The notes beneath the pieces are model-generated. The model did no database searches, was not told the origin of the DNA, and saw only the letters and a program-made list of their open reading frames with translations. From positions 3,038,001-3,102,000 of the forward strand of contig JBHGNT010000009.1 of the NCBI GenBank assembly GCA_043228905.1: a DNA stretch of 64,000 bases. Reading direction: 5' to 3'. The translations under genes were made by a program, and so were the position numbers. Below, piece by piece: positions 1 through 13,200 of this stretch; the stretch's first letter is position 1; each line of letters begins with the position of its first letter. The stretch comes from Azolla caroliniana (lineage: Eukaryota; Plantae; Polypodiophyta).

Positions 1-1471
1 GCTGACTTTGTATCCACTTGAACCGGATGACAAACTGTTGGATGTTCTCCGTTGGTTCCTGTCGGATACTATAAAATAACCCGACCATTTCCCGCTGGTC
101 CATCTCCTTGTGGAAGAAATGCAAGAATTTTGTCTTTAATGTTTCAAACGTGGGGATGGTGCTGGGATCCTGTGTTCGGTGCCATCTGGCGGCCGGTCCC
201 TCCAAGGTCATGCCGAACTCTGCCCGTTTTGAGCGTTCCTCTTCGACTGCATTTAAGCGTTGGGACACATGGTTCGCTTCCCAAGTCTGCTGAAACGCAT
301 GAACGTGGGCTTCCACGTCCGGATCATTCCGGTATCTGGGATATTGGAACGGCATATCGTCGTTCGGTGTCGGTACATGGGCTGGTGGTGTCGGTGGTCG
401 TTCCTCCTCTGGTGGTGTCGGAGGTTTTCCCCGGTCTTCTGTCGCCGTCAGAGGTCTTTCCTGCTCTTGTGGTGTTAGATGCTTCTCCTCCTCGACTTCC
501 AGTGTCGGAGGTCTCTCGTCGTCGACTTCTGGTTCCGGAGTGTGGGCGACTTCTGGTACCGGAGTTTCCAGCCTTGTCGATTCGGGTTCTGGTGTCGGCA
601 AAGTATCCGACTCCTTGTCCTCTGGTCCGCCTGGGGTGTCGTTATTGCTGTGGTAGTTCGTCTTCGCGTTGTATTCCCCGTCCGAACATGATTTAAATGC
701 CGAAAATGCTTCGGATTCGCCTTCCCCCGCTGCCAATGCCTGGAGAAGGGATTCTGCTTCCCGGAGGCTGCTTAGGCTGCTTCCTTCGTCTAGGTAGGCG
801 TTTTGTGGTAGTTGAAGTGATTCCTTGGCCACTCTCCGGATCACTTTCGAAAATGAGCGATCCGCTCTGATTTCTTCTGCCGCTTGCTAGAAAGCCTCTC
901 GCTTCCTCAACCGTTCAGCAAGTCACCTTGCTCGCTCCGTAACCGGGTCGTTCGTTGGTCGCATCATCCATTCCCACCGCTGTTCGCTGCGATTGTGTAG
1001 GAATCGTGGTCGCCAAAAACTATGTTAATCCTTAGGGCCAGACAATGGCCTAACACAGGGTGTCTCTGGAAGACACTTCACCAAAGGGGTGTTACGGCGA
1101 GATAACTTAAGACACAACGATTACTTCGACTTAATTAGCTACTTAGCAATAAGGCATACAGTTAATACACGCATAAGATATAACAATTAATTCAGAACGG
1201 TAATCAATACGTGAAGATAAAACAAGAAGCTTATATTAATTCTCCGTTAAAGTTATACATTGTAACCGGGCCTTTATATAGGTCACCTCTGCTGCGTACA
1301 AAACAAGTGCCAACCGGCACCTGTTCAGAATCGGTCTGGATCCGGATCGTCATACCGATTCCAGTCCGTCCGTTCACTACATAATTATAATCTAATCTAC
1401 TTAATTAAATATATTCCGAATAACCATCCCTTTCACATTCTGGTCTCTGCTCCTTTGCCGGCCGGGTAACA
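1..1471 (-). mobile_element. 5' end of a Ty3/gypsy-like LTR retrotransposon (LTR 1023-1471, PBS 1005-1015, degenerate gag-like region running off the window start)
   Basis: TGTTA...TAACA termini at 1023/1471; minus strand reads TGGCGACCACG 7 nt after the LTR (complementary to a plant tRNA-Arg 3' end, recalled); minus-strand TATA (CCTATATAAA) near 1272-1282. Confidence 0.7.
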
Positions 1472-2382
1472 GAATGGGGCATCATGGGCCTGTTTCCAAC
1501 ATCAATACAAGGAAACATATATATTTTGGTAATTATAGAATACTTGACACGTTGGTGCAAGGCTATTGACTTACCTGATGCAACAACAAATACGGTCGCT
1601 AATGCCCTTCTACAACGGGTGATCTTTCCTCACGGATGCCCTCACCAAATTCTTTCAAATCAAGGATCACAATTCCGAAGTGAAGCGATGCAAGTTCTCA
1701 TGTAGAGTTTGGGAATCAAGCAGTTGTTTGCATCGCCATATCATCCCCAGACTAATGGCCTCATAGAGCGAATGAAAAAATCCATTAAATAGATAATCAC
1801 AACCTATGTTGATCCTTTACACCATTCAGGGGATCAAGTACTGCAGATCACGGTGTATGCATATAATACCTTGGTGCAAGAATCCACCAAGGTGAGTCCA
1901 TTCGGGGCGTTGTATGGCCGAGATTCTCGTCTCCCAGCAGACCCACAAGCTATCAAAATTGTGGTGGTTGCACCTACAATCAAACATGACTCTTCTCTAA
2001 CGAGCCATTCAATATAACTTGAGTAAAGCACAACAACGATAAAAGAGGAACTTTGACAATCACATATACCAATCAAGCGCAACATCGACGAATACGTCAT
2101 AGTCTATTACCCTATTTGGAAAAAGGGTCTTTGTGAATCATTCATGCATAGATGGTTAGTTCCATGCAAGATCATAGCGCGGATCGGCTCGAACACATAC
2201 CGTTTGCACCGAGTCAATAAATCGACAGAAACAATTGCACACATCTCACCGATCAGGCGCATACCTCTCCCAGCCGACAACCTCCACCCCGACATCACCA
2301 ACGAGGACATCATAGGACCATTGCAACCATCGACACACCTGGATGCCTCCACAGTTGAGGCGCGGAGCTTCCTCCACTACGC

Positions 2383-3093
2383 TGTCGTAGTGTATTCCAC
2401 ACACTACGTGAAAACCATAAAATAATATATCCGATTTTAGATACATATAAATAAATAAATAATATATCAAAACATTTATCACATGCATAGGGCAAGATTC
2501 GAACCCTACACCTCCACATAGATAAACCTCAACTTTACCATTGTAATAACTTATCTTTAGTGTTATATATATAGATTTAATACGTATAAGACCTTTATTT
2601 ACACATACCTTTATTAAAAGGTAAAAATTATGCATTCTTTAGGCCCTAGGGTGTGAATATTTTATTTACACGTGACATTAAAAGTGACTCATGCACATCT
2701 AGCGTGCATGAGCCCTATACTTAGGAAATGACAAAGCATCACATGCACATTTAGGGTGCATGGACACTTTTGGTGAAAAAGCATGAAGCCATGCTTAGCC
2801 TCTTCCATCTTTATATAAGGAGGAGAGAAATATGTATAAGGTTGTTGATTAATATACAAGGATTGATCAATCTAATATATTCGTGGGATTCACGAATTTT
2901 GCCATCTAAATTACTCTTATAATCTAAATATTGTTTTAAATACACTAAACTCGTGGGATTCACGAGATTGCTATCTTACTTCTCCTTCCACTATTCATAA
3001 CTAGCCTTAAGTTGTATTCCTCTTCCTCCTAGTCAAAAACCTCGGCGGTTCCCACCCGACTCACGCAACGATCTGGAGCCGAAAGGCACGACA
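2383..3093 (+). mobile_element. Solo LTR with 4-bp TSD ACGC
   Basis: TGTCGT...ACGACA termini; ACGC at 2379-2382 and 3094-3097; TATATAAGG near 2812. Confidence 0.8.
2490..2546 (-). ncRNA. tRNA-like (A-box/B-box) sequence inside a solo LTR
   Basis: Minus strand ATTACAATGGTAAAG...GGTGTAGGGTTCGAATCTTGCC; not a complete cloverleaf. Confidence 0.5.
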
Positions 3094-3445
3094 ACGCATT
3101 AGCCAACAGCCGCCCACAACCGTTGCACCATTGACGATGCAATAGTCAACATCCCCCCCATAGGCGTTACATAGGGACTTCATTCTTTGAGGAGTCAAAA
3201 TCCCTCGCTATACAGTGAAGTCCATCCTTTGGGCAAAAAAGTAACAAGTACTAATATGTAATTTTTCTGAAAAGGGGAGGTGTCATGTGTGGGGACCAAA
3301 CCATATAGTTTGGTCCGAAGAGGAACCAAGAAACATTATAACTAACTAAGGGTAGAACCAAGAAGCGGTGGGAAACCTTATAAATAGAGGTGCCTACCAA
3401 GAGGCGGGAGGAGGGAAAAACGAGACTTGAGTAGTGTACATTACA

Positions 3446-3449
<4 letters not shown>

Positions 3450-3509
<60 letters not shown>
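3450..3509. repeat. (AAT)n microsatellite
   Basis: About 20 AAT units. Confidence 0.95.
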
Positions 3510-3745
3510 TTGATGATAGTAATTATAACTTCAATTAAGTAAATAAATAGATTATTTTAGCAATTAAAATTAAAACAAACAAACAAACAACAACAACAAC
3601 AATAATAATAATAATAATCTATTTAAATAAGTAAATAGGTGAATTATTAGGAAAAGTAATTAAACAAAATAAATTGAAATATAAATAAGATAATATTGAT
3701 AATAGTAAATAAAAATAATAAATAAAATAAAATAACATTAAATAC

Positions 3746-4804
3746 CTACTTGTCTCGAAATTCTACAAAATGTAATATGTATATCAACCTAATCATCTTG
3801 TTGATAATTGATGAAACATTGAAGCTACTACTCCAATGTTTGATTTGTACGTTTGTTTCACCATTATTTGTACGTTTGTTTGGGGATGATAGCCTTAGGA
3901 AACCTTGAGCATTGTGAAGAGATGCTTCCAAAAGTTAGATATTGAATTGTGGTTCACAATCACTGTTGATATTATCTAGAAGACTATGGTGACAAAATAT
4001 TTCATTTGTTGTGTTCTCGCTACTGATGTCCTTAGTGCATGGCAAGAAATGTGCCATTTTGGTATATCGATCAACTAATGTTAAGATAATGTTGAACCCT
4101 TTAGAATCTGGAAGATCTTCAATAAAATCTAAAGACATAGATTGCCATGGCCCACTCAGAGTTGGTAACGATTGCAGTAAACCATACGAATGGTGTTGGG
4201 GCATCTTTGCTTTACAATATGTATCACATGTCGAACATAATCTTCGACAAATTTACATAGATGAGCCCACCAGAATGATCGTGTTACCAAATCCAAGATC
4301 TTATTGATACCAAAATGCTTAGCCATATATCTATCCCTTGCATATCATGGCAATATTGTATTACTTGGAGGCGAGATGATCCATCAGGAACATAAAGAAG
4401 ATTTTTCAAGAAAAGTAATCCATCATGCCACTTGAATTACTTATAATCTATACCTTAATGTTGTGACTGAGAGCAAGATGCACGAGTCGTATCAATGTGA
4501 TCTAAGATGTCTTGCACAAAGACATCTATCTTGAGATAATGATGAATAGTATCAACAATGCTTGAATCTAGTTTACTACTAGAGATTGTTGTTGCTTGAA
4601 GTCATGCAAGACCTAGGATTACCTATTTTTTATTATCAAAAGCCGAATCACCAAGACAAGGTGCTAAATACAAACATCATGATAATGCATCTACTTTCCC
4701 TTGTTGCTTGCTATGACAAAATGTAATCTTGAAATCAAAATGAGAAAGAAATTATGCCCATCGAGCTTGTCGTTTGTTTAGCACACGAGCACTCTCGAAA
4801 TAGG
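3746..4804 (-). pseudogene. Tcn1-like gypsy RNase H/integrase fragment
   Basis: YGLLQSLP...PWQSMSLDFIEDLPDSKGFNIILTLVDRYTKMAHFLPC; homologous to 22500-24800 and 28900-30775. Confidence 0.8.
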
Positions 4805-4806
4805 TG

Positions 4807-5268
4807 TGTTACGGGCATGACCATATCCCGTGGTAAGATTTACCGTAGTATTCTATACACGTGGATAAACTGTGAGGGTTAAACGAGAGTGTAAAGAAGG
4901 AAAGGATTACATTTAATCCTTGGGATAGGGAGAACCCATTAGGCCAAGTGTGAACTTGCATGGGGGTCTTAGGTTTAGCTATAAATATGAGGCTTAGCTA
5001 CCCTCATTTGACACATTATTGACTACGTCAAGACTCTATCATTGTGGTGGGTCAACTCTTGTAGTGAGTGCGCCAACACTAGGTACGACTCGATGCCACG
5101 ATGGTGGTATGGGACGCCGATCGAGGATCGAGTCCGTCTCGATCCCTTTGCTAGGGGGTGGTTGGGTGGATCAACACCCTTCTTTCTCTCTCCTTTCTTA
5201 TTTTATATCTATTATATCCTTATCCTATGCTTACATTAGTAGCTAGCTCTAACAATTGGTATCCGAGC
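4807..5268 (+). mobile_element. LTR (4807-5254) with tRNA-iMet-type PBS, inserted in the Tcn1-like pol
   Basis: TGTTA...TAACA, then TGGTATCCGAGC at 5257-5268 (cf. TGGTATCAGAGC); related copy at about 45000-45310. Confidence 0.75.
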
Positions 5269-5602
5269 TTTCATTCTAATGTTTCTTTTATTGATTGTTT
5301 TTTTTCTTGTTGGATGGCAATCAATCGATGTACGATCGAGCTTGATCCAGATAGTTATCAATAAAGGAACTTTGGTAACTTCTTTTTTTTCTATTCTTTC
5401 TTCTCCCAATCTAATCATGTATAGTCAATATGTAATTTTTTACATTGATTCAATTATGTTGTAGTGGTAATAATTGGTTGTATAAAACATTTACATGTGT
5501 GTATGAGGTCAATACCTCATTTGACATATATTTGATATGTGATTTGTGTCGTATGAGTACGAGGTCAATACCTCAATTGCGTATTACATTCACATACATA
5601 TG

Positions 5603-6131
5603 TGTTGGGAAACATGTCCCTCCAGATGGGAAGAGAAGGACCATGTTGGTGAGTATCTCGGTCGAGGCTGAGGCTCAAATCGAAAACTGAAATCGGTTCA
5701 GAAGACTATAATTGTAAATAGTTTAAAATGCCTCTTGGGGCTATACTTGTAAATAGCCAGAAAGTTGCTTTGGTGCAACTAGGGCAAACTTTATAGCAAG
5801 AGTTAGTGATCATTATTGTAAAGTTAGAAGGAGGTAGTTGCCTCTATAACCGTGAGTGAGAGAGTGAGAGACTCAGTGTAACTCTATAGCCGTCTGTCAG
5901 ACGAAGGAGAACTTGATGTCGCTGTCTTCGAGTTCTGTATTTGTACTTCCTCTCTACTATAGTGATCTGTTTTCTCGTGGTTTGTGAACCCTCGTGGTTT
6001 TTTCCCATTTCGGGTTTTCCACGTAAAATATCGGTGTCTCTATGTCTTCACGTTTTTGTTTGTGTACTAGTTCTTGGTTTCTACACACAAATACGAACGT
6101 GAAACCGGTTATGGCCGATCGATTCCTAACA
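5603..6131 (+). mobile_element. Solo LTR (copia-like family) with 5-bp TSD ATATG
   Basis: TGTTGGG...CCTAACA; ATATG at 5598-5602 and 6132-6136; shares the GGTTTTTCCC..GGGTTTTCCAC motif with LTRs near 18540 and 20980. Confidence 0.85.
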
Positions 6132-7215
6132 ATATGTTATGCATGCATATGAGGTCAATACCTCAATATTGATGTATTTGATATGCGATTTGTGTCATAT
6201 GCGTAAGAGGTCAATACCTCAATTGCATATAACGTTGTCGTGAGGATTCACGGCCACAGTGTGAAAACCGGGATAGTTGGTGATATTGACGGGTAAAATT
6301 GTATAAAGGTAGTGGGTGTCTTTAAGGCACCGAATAAGAGTAAAAAAACGGGATAGAGTATCCCATGTAACAAGGGATTTATCCCACATGGTTATGCCAC
6401 TCCCTCTTTGTGCTATAAAAGGAAGGGAGGGCCCCTTGTAAAAGGGTTCCCCTCTACAGGTTCCGTTTTCTTACTTATTAATAGAGTTATGTTTCCCATT
6501 TCTGTTTATCTAGGGTTTCGGTTAGTCCATATTTTTGTGAAACAAGCTAGGGTTGTTTCTGTGTCTGTTCTGTCTTGCTTCGTGTCTGTTCTCTTTTAGG
6601 GTTTACTGCTGTCTCTGTGTTGTTACTGTTCGTGTTGAGCCCGAGTGCTCAAAGGCTTCGGTACTCAGCTCTCTCTCGTAGAAGATCCCCGCTAGCATAG
6701 GAGGGACCGAGTGCTCCCCGACTGGCGGCTTGGCGGCAAGAGGTTGTTGTTTCTTGTTCGGTCAACAATTACTACTTTGCCGACACAGTATAAGACGAAC
6801 ATTCGTACCGAACGTTCGTTCAAGAAGTTGTGGTTAAACGAATAGATACGAATTAGTTGTAAATTTATCGGTGATAACAGACACCGACATCATGACTTAT
6901 GTAATATAGTTTAGATAGATTGAAATAGATAGCAAGAGTGATTTGTACACAGAGATTTCCTAACTAATCTTTATATTACTAAATACAATGATAGATTTTT
7001 ACAATGCCTTTGGTTCCTTTTATAGGTAACTCGAAGGTCTTTTCTCATCAAGAAATCCTATTGTCTATAATTATTAAGAATTACAAAACTTTGTAACTAA
7101 CTATATCCTATTCGGCTATCTGTTGAGTCATCGATCTGAACTGTCGATCCGACTCCGACTCCGACTCCGAACTTCCTTCCGACTCCGATGCATCCATGCT
7201 TGTCCAGGTAACACT

Positions 7216-7257
7216 TGGCACGCCCGTGGGCCAGGATGTTGTCCGGCAGACCCACGG
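7216..7257 (+). other. Inverted tRNA-Arg PBS-like motif plus hairpin at the PPT position
   Basis: TGGCACGCCCGTGGGCC begins 2 nt from the LTR; CCGTGGG (7224-7230) pairs with CCCACGG (7251-7257). Confidence 0.75.
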
Positions 7258-7265
7258 TAACCCCT

Positions 7266-9900
7266 TCACTCCTGTTGCTCCGAGGGAAGATCGTCCTCCA
7301 ACTCCAAATCATCGTCTGCGTCGTCCTGTAGAATGTCGAACAAGGAGTGTTCTTCTTCGTGTGGTGCTATGCTGACATCGTCATCATCTTCATCTTCGGC
7401 GTCCTCCCCGTCGTCATTTTCCTGGTGTGCTTCTTCGGTCGATGGTCTTGGATCTGTTGAATCCGGTGCTCCGAGTCCAGGTGTTTTGCTTACTCTTTCA
7501 GCTTCGATATTGTCTAACTCGACGGACGTATCGACATCATGCTTGTCGAATTCTTGCATGATTAAGTTAACTTCTTCTCTTAAATAAGCCGCCATGTCGT
7601 ATAGGTCTCTAGCAATATCTTCCTGAACCGTGGTCATTGCTTCCTTCGACATCTTGAGGAAGCCTTTGCCTTGAACTTTTCTATTTTCCCTATCGGCTCG
7701 TAATAGCTAAAGCTTTGCAGCTTGCGCCGATCATGTTTGCCAACCCTTTTCCAATGATTCATTGACCAATTTTAGGGTGTTAAGTTGGTGACATCTTATG
7801 ATTGCTTGAACCCAATCCTGAGTCATTCTGGCCTCAAACTGTGCTGTTGCCAATGTTCTTCGCAAATCAATGATTACCGCATTGGTATCTCCTTCAACAT
7901 GCATCAGTTTGGCTTGTGCCACTAAGAGGTCAAGTCGCCTTTTCTCGGAGACCGTTTGAACTTCTACACATCGGTTTTCCAGCTTCTCTTTCTCCGCATT
8001 CCAGTCGTTTTGTCGCTGAATCATTTTGCCGTTGATTTCTTCTATCAGTTTGTCTTTTCCAGCCAACTGTGTTGTAAAACAAGTCTCTTGGCTGCTTACA
8101 TACTCTTCCAGTTCTTCAACTTGTTGCCTTGTAGCCTCTTGCTGTTGGGCTAACTGTCGGTCTAAATCTTGTATCAAATTATCTTTCTCCTCTGTTTTTG
8201 CCTTGTTTTTGCCGGCCATTGTTTTTGTCGGCCATTGTTTTTGCCGACTGTAATCGATCCTCCATTTCTCTGGACCTGTCTTCAGCCTTTTCTGCCCTAA
8301 TTTTTGCTTCTCTTCGTGCTTTTTTGACTTGTTCCAACTTCTGTTGTAGTTCTGAATCCGACTCCAAAGGTTGGCTTTGTGACTTCGGTTGTAATATCTG
8401 CTCTCTCTCTTTTTCTAGAGCCACTTGTGCTTCTTGCAGTTTATCCTTCAACTACTGATTTTCTTCTTGCTTCCGTTTATACTGTGCATTAAGCACATCT
8501 ACTGTTGCTGTCACCTTTTTGTATAATTCAGCCATATCCTTGGCTGCTCTGCTATCCTTTTCATATTCCCTGTGGACTTCGACCAATGCCTCATGTAATG
8601 GTGGTATCTGGATGGCTTCACCTCTATTTTTAGCATTTCGCTGTCGACCAATTCTATCCACTTTTGCTTGCTCATTGGGTTCGACAGCTCCACATAATGA
8701 CTTTTGGATCATTATTTGATCCCGGTGCTCTTGCGCCATTCTTTCCGACACTTCCTGGAGTCTTTTAGCTAACCACTCTACTAGTTCATATGATGTTCCG
8801 AATTGCAGAATGGCAGCTAGCTCATGTGCTGTTGTCAGGATGTCGGAAAAACCAAGTACCTCTTGCACTGTTGCCGTTGATACCTGCCCTTTTTGAATTC
8901 GTGACATGTCATCGGGATTGACACAAGGTACTTGTGTGCTTTGGGCGGCTTGAGCGTTGGTTCTTTGTTTCTTCTGCGCAAGTTCTTCTTGTTCTGGTCT
9001 AGAATATCTTTGGGATTGTTGTTTAACCCTGCGTTGCTTCGGCGGTCGCTGCTCTGTGTCGACTTGTGTCGATTCTTGCTGTTGTGAGGGTTGCTCGTCT
9101 GTCGTCTCTCGTTGTTGCGTCTTGGGTGGTTGAAACTCCGACTATTGAGTAGCCGATTGCTGGTCGGGTTACGGTGTCGACTGTTGAGACTACGTCGACT
9201 TTTGTTGTTCCGATTCGTGTTGTTGCCTTGGGTCCGATTGGTCGAATTCGGTTTGAGTGATATCGTCCTGCACCAATTCTTCTTCCCTCCACTCTTTCCG
9301 TTGGACTTGTCGTCGGTTTCAGGATGACTGTACTTGAGGCGGCCTACGCAACTTTGATCAATCAACGAGCAAAAATCGGCTTCATTGGTTTTCCCTTTTG
9401 AACTCCGTATAGTTGCTCTCTCCGAGCATCTGCCGACAGTAGCCCCCAATCGAAAGCTTCGCCTTCATAAGCGGCGATGATAAATCCGGCCCTCTTTTTG
9501 GGCATACAGTAGAATCTCGGACTAACAAACCCTACTTCCAATAAAAATTTTGCAACTTCATGAAAAAAAACATCCTTACCTCCTTGTATTTGATACGCTT
9601 TGGCGGAGGGCGAATACTCACCAAAATAGGACCGCAAACCATCTTCTGTGACCTTGTTGACAACGTCGAACCCGCTTCTTGGCATCTCCAATACCGCTCT
9701 TACCTTCTTATTAGTGATCGTCGACACATCGATTTCTTCCATCAGAGCTTCAGCGTTCGGGTGCGGCTATGCTTCTGCGACTTTCAAGAATCCTTGTAAA
9801 TGATTGCGAACGAGCCAACGGCGCAAGTTATCAGATACGGTAATCGGCATATTGTTGTCGTCGATTGACCATTCGTCGCTCTATGGTGGCGGTGAAAAAG
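7266..9900 (-). pseudogene. Extra 3' ORF of the gypsy element (globular N-terminus, Q/T/P-rich linker, long coiled coil, acidic tail), broken by stops and frameshifts
   Basis: Consecutive minus ORFs 9362-9742, 8452-8907, 8179-8451, 7731-8219, 7266-7652 between integrase and the 3' LTR. Confidence 0.7.
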
Positions 9901-10215
9901 GTTGTGGGCTATGGCGGAGAAGAACAAAAAACCTGTGAGCATGAATACGTTTTTGCTTCTGTGGTGAAACAGACATTAGAGAAATAGGTTTTAAGGAATC
10001 AATTCTTTGCATGATGCCTAGGGAATAAAAGTACTATTAATGTAAGTAATGACTAGGTGTACTAGAAATAGCAATAATGACTAATAGAAACATGGCTCCA
10101 CTACTTCTTACTTATAGCCTTCTTAAATCATTCCAAGATTCTCCTTTTTTGACAGTTAGTTATGATTTAGCAAGAAAATTTTTTATAGTTAGTTTTTTTT
10201 TTTGACGTTGCCACG

Positions 10216-13200
10216 TTACTTTTCTTCCGATTCAGCCTTGAATGGATTTTCCGGCATTTCTTCATGATATGGCTTAAGCCAAAAACCATTGACCCATTTC
10301 GGCAAAATCTCACCTGATAGGGTTCCCAGTTGATACGTACCATTTTTACTATTCACGATCCAAACTGGTCCCGTCCATATATACTGAAGTTTACCTGGCA
10401 TAGCCCCCATCCTGGTCTGGAAAACAAGTACCGGTTTCTCAATTCCGAATTGAGTTTCGGTTTTTCATCGGTGTCGATTTACAAATGCCTTCGTTTGCCT
10501 CTACTTGTGCTCCAAAGCTGACATAGCTTGTATTCAGTCTTCTTCTAATAGCAATAAAGATTCCTTCCGAATTTGCTCCGACTGTAGCTCATTTAATTTT
10601 TCGGTTGCCTGTATTCGGAGTGTCGGAATCTGAAATTCGATTGGCATAACTGCCTCCAATCCGAAAGCCATTCGGAAAGGTGTTGATTTAATAGATGTTT
10701 TGTACGACGTACGATATGCCCATAAAGCACTATGCAACTTTTGATCCCAGTCCGTACGATTCTCATTTACTATCTTTTTGAGTATCGTCTAGAGGGTTTT
10801 GTTTGTCGACTCCGCCAATCCATTTGCTTGTGGATAGTAAGGCATGCTTTTCTTATGAACCATTGCATAGTATGTAGACAAGTCATGAATAAGTTTGTTA
10901 ATGAAATGCGTACCTTGATCGCTCACTAATTCTATTGGGCAGCCGAATCTACACCATATATTTTCGTACAAAATTTTTGTTGTTGACGCTGCCGTATTAT
11001 CCCTAAGAGCTTTAGCTTCTACCCACTTCGTGCAGTAGTCAGTGGCAACTATAATATATTGATTGCTTGTTCTTACTGCTGCCAGTTTGAATGGGCCTAC
11101 AAAATCCAAACCCCATTTCTGGAAAGGTTCAAGAGGTAACACATGTTGAAACGGCATCCTGTCCTTTTCTGTCGGTTGTCCCATACGTTGGCATAAATCA
11201 CATTTCCGATAATATTCGACTGCATCCTTCATCACTATTGGCACCATAAGTCACTGTTCCATATTTTTCTGGTTGTGGTTTCTCGAGCATCGTACCCTCC
11301 TGCAATTCCACGGTGCGATTCCTGAAGAATGACTGATTTTTCAAATTGTTGTACTGTTCTTCTCCAAATACCATATGCTCCTTTATGATACAGAGTGTCA
11401 TTCAAAAGACAAAAATTACAACTCCGTGCCGATAGATGTTTGGGTAGTATCCTTGTTGTCAGAAAGATTGTCATCTCTGAGATCCAAGTATCCTCCCTTT
11501 CTTCATTTCTCTCCTGTGCATTTACTGCTTCCACTTGAAAAAGCTGGGCATCCGGAAAATCATCTTTGACACTTGTGCCTTCTTCTCCTGACTCCAGTCG
11601 ATTGAGATAATCAGCCACTGCATGTTGTACTCCTGGCTGATGTAAAATGTCGAATTCAAATTCTTGGAGTAGAAAAGTCCATCTTGCTAACTTACCGGTT
11701 AATTCCGGTTTTGAGACCAAATAAAGAAGAGCCGAATGATCAACATGAAATGTAAACTTTTTTCCCAAAAGATAGTGTCAAAATTTATTGACACTGTAGA
11801 TCATTCCTAAAGCTTCCCTCTCCGTTGTAGAATAGTTTCTCTCTACTGTCGAGAGTTTCCGACTAGCATAGTACATTGGCCTGTACCAATTCGGTTCGGT
11901 CATCTGCATTAATGCACTTCTGATTGCGATGTCGGATGCGTCGACAAAGACATGGAATGCTTTATTCCAGTCAAGTGGTTGAACCATTGGAACTTTGGAC
12001 AACATTTTCTTGAGACAATCATATGCATCCTGTTCAACACTTGTCCACTGAAAAGGAACTTTGTGCACTGCTGTATGTAAGGGAATGACGATATCCGCAA
12101 GATATCTTATCATTTTTCTGTGCCATCGAATCTGTCTTAAAAACCGACTGAGAGCTTTAGCATTTGTGGGTGCCGGTGCTTCCAGTATGGCTTTAACCTT
12201 GTCAAGGTCTACTGCAATTCCTTCTTGATTGACAATATGGCCTAATAATGTGCCACTAGTGACCCCGAATGCACATTTTGCTGGATTTAAACTAAGCCGA
12301 CCTTCCTGACATTTCTCCAAACATAGTCGTAAATGCTCAAAATGTTCGGTTTTCCGACTAAACAACAAAATCATCCAAAAATACTTGCATAAAGGTAGGA
12401 ATGTAATCCCCAAATATTTCTTGTATCACTCTTTGGAATGTCGCCGGAGCGGTCTTCAAGCCAAACATCATTACTACCGCTACAAACACTCCCCATTCCG
12501 TAACAAAAGCTGTCTTTTCTTGATCTTCCGGATTCATCCGAACCTGATAATAACCACTAAAACCATCTAGGAAACTATATACTTCATGGCCAGCTACCGC
12601 ATCCAATATACCATTCGTAAATTGTAATGGGAACGCATCCATAACGATAGCCACATTTAGTTTTCGGTAGTCGACACATACCCGAAGTTTGCCATTCTTT
12701 TTCGAAACTACGACGATTGGACTTAACCATGTCGATTTTTTCACCGGACGAATAAACCCTACTTTCAAAAGTTTATCTATTTCTTCTTTTACTTTAATAG
12801 CATAATTAGGATTTAATCGGTACCTGCGTTGTTGAATTGGCTTTGCATCCTTATGCAGGTTGATTTGATGTTGACAAAAAGCTGGATCAAGCCCCTTCAT
12901 ATCTTCAAAAGACTAGGCAAAGACATCCTTATATTGCGTTAATAATGCGTTAACCTTTGTTTGTCAGCTTCTATCATATCTTTAGCAATGAGTACTGTTT
13001 TCCACTCATTGTCCTTATCTTCTTCTACCAAATTTATTTCCTCCAATGCTGAAGCTTGAACTCATTGGGACACCATCATCTCTCTGTCGGTAGCTTCTTG
13101 ATGGAGTCATATTTCCTTCATTGCTTGCTCATCTATTGGCAAATCCTCTTGGGAATCCACATATGGTGTCAAGGCTTGTAAAATATCTACTTCGAACAAA

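Larger units (their letters stand above)
1472..3290 (+). pseudogene. Degenerate Ty3/gypsy integrase region ending in a PPT and the start of a 3' LTR, split by a solo LTR
   Basis: ORF 1484-1705 GLFPTSIQGNIYILVIIEYLTRW...ILSNQGSQF (integrase core), PYHPQTNG motif near 1735; AAAGGGGAGG (3271-3280) directly followed by TGTCATG. Confidence 0.7.

Noticed and set aside
52-696. 214-aa plus-strand ORF
   Set aside because: Antisense to the repetitive gag-like region of a minus-strand retroelement; no recognisable domain.
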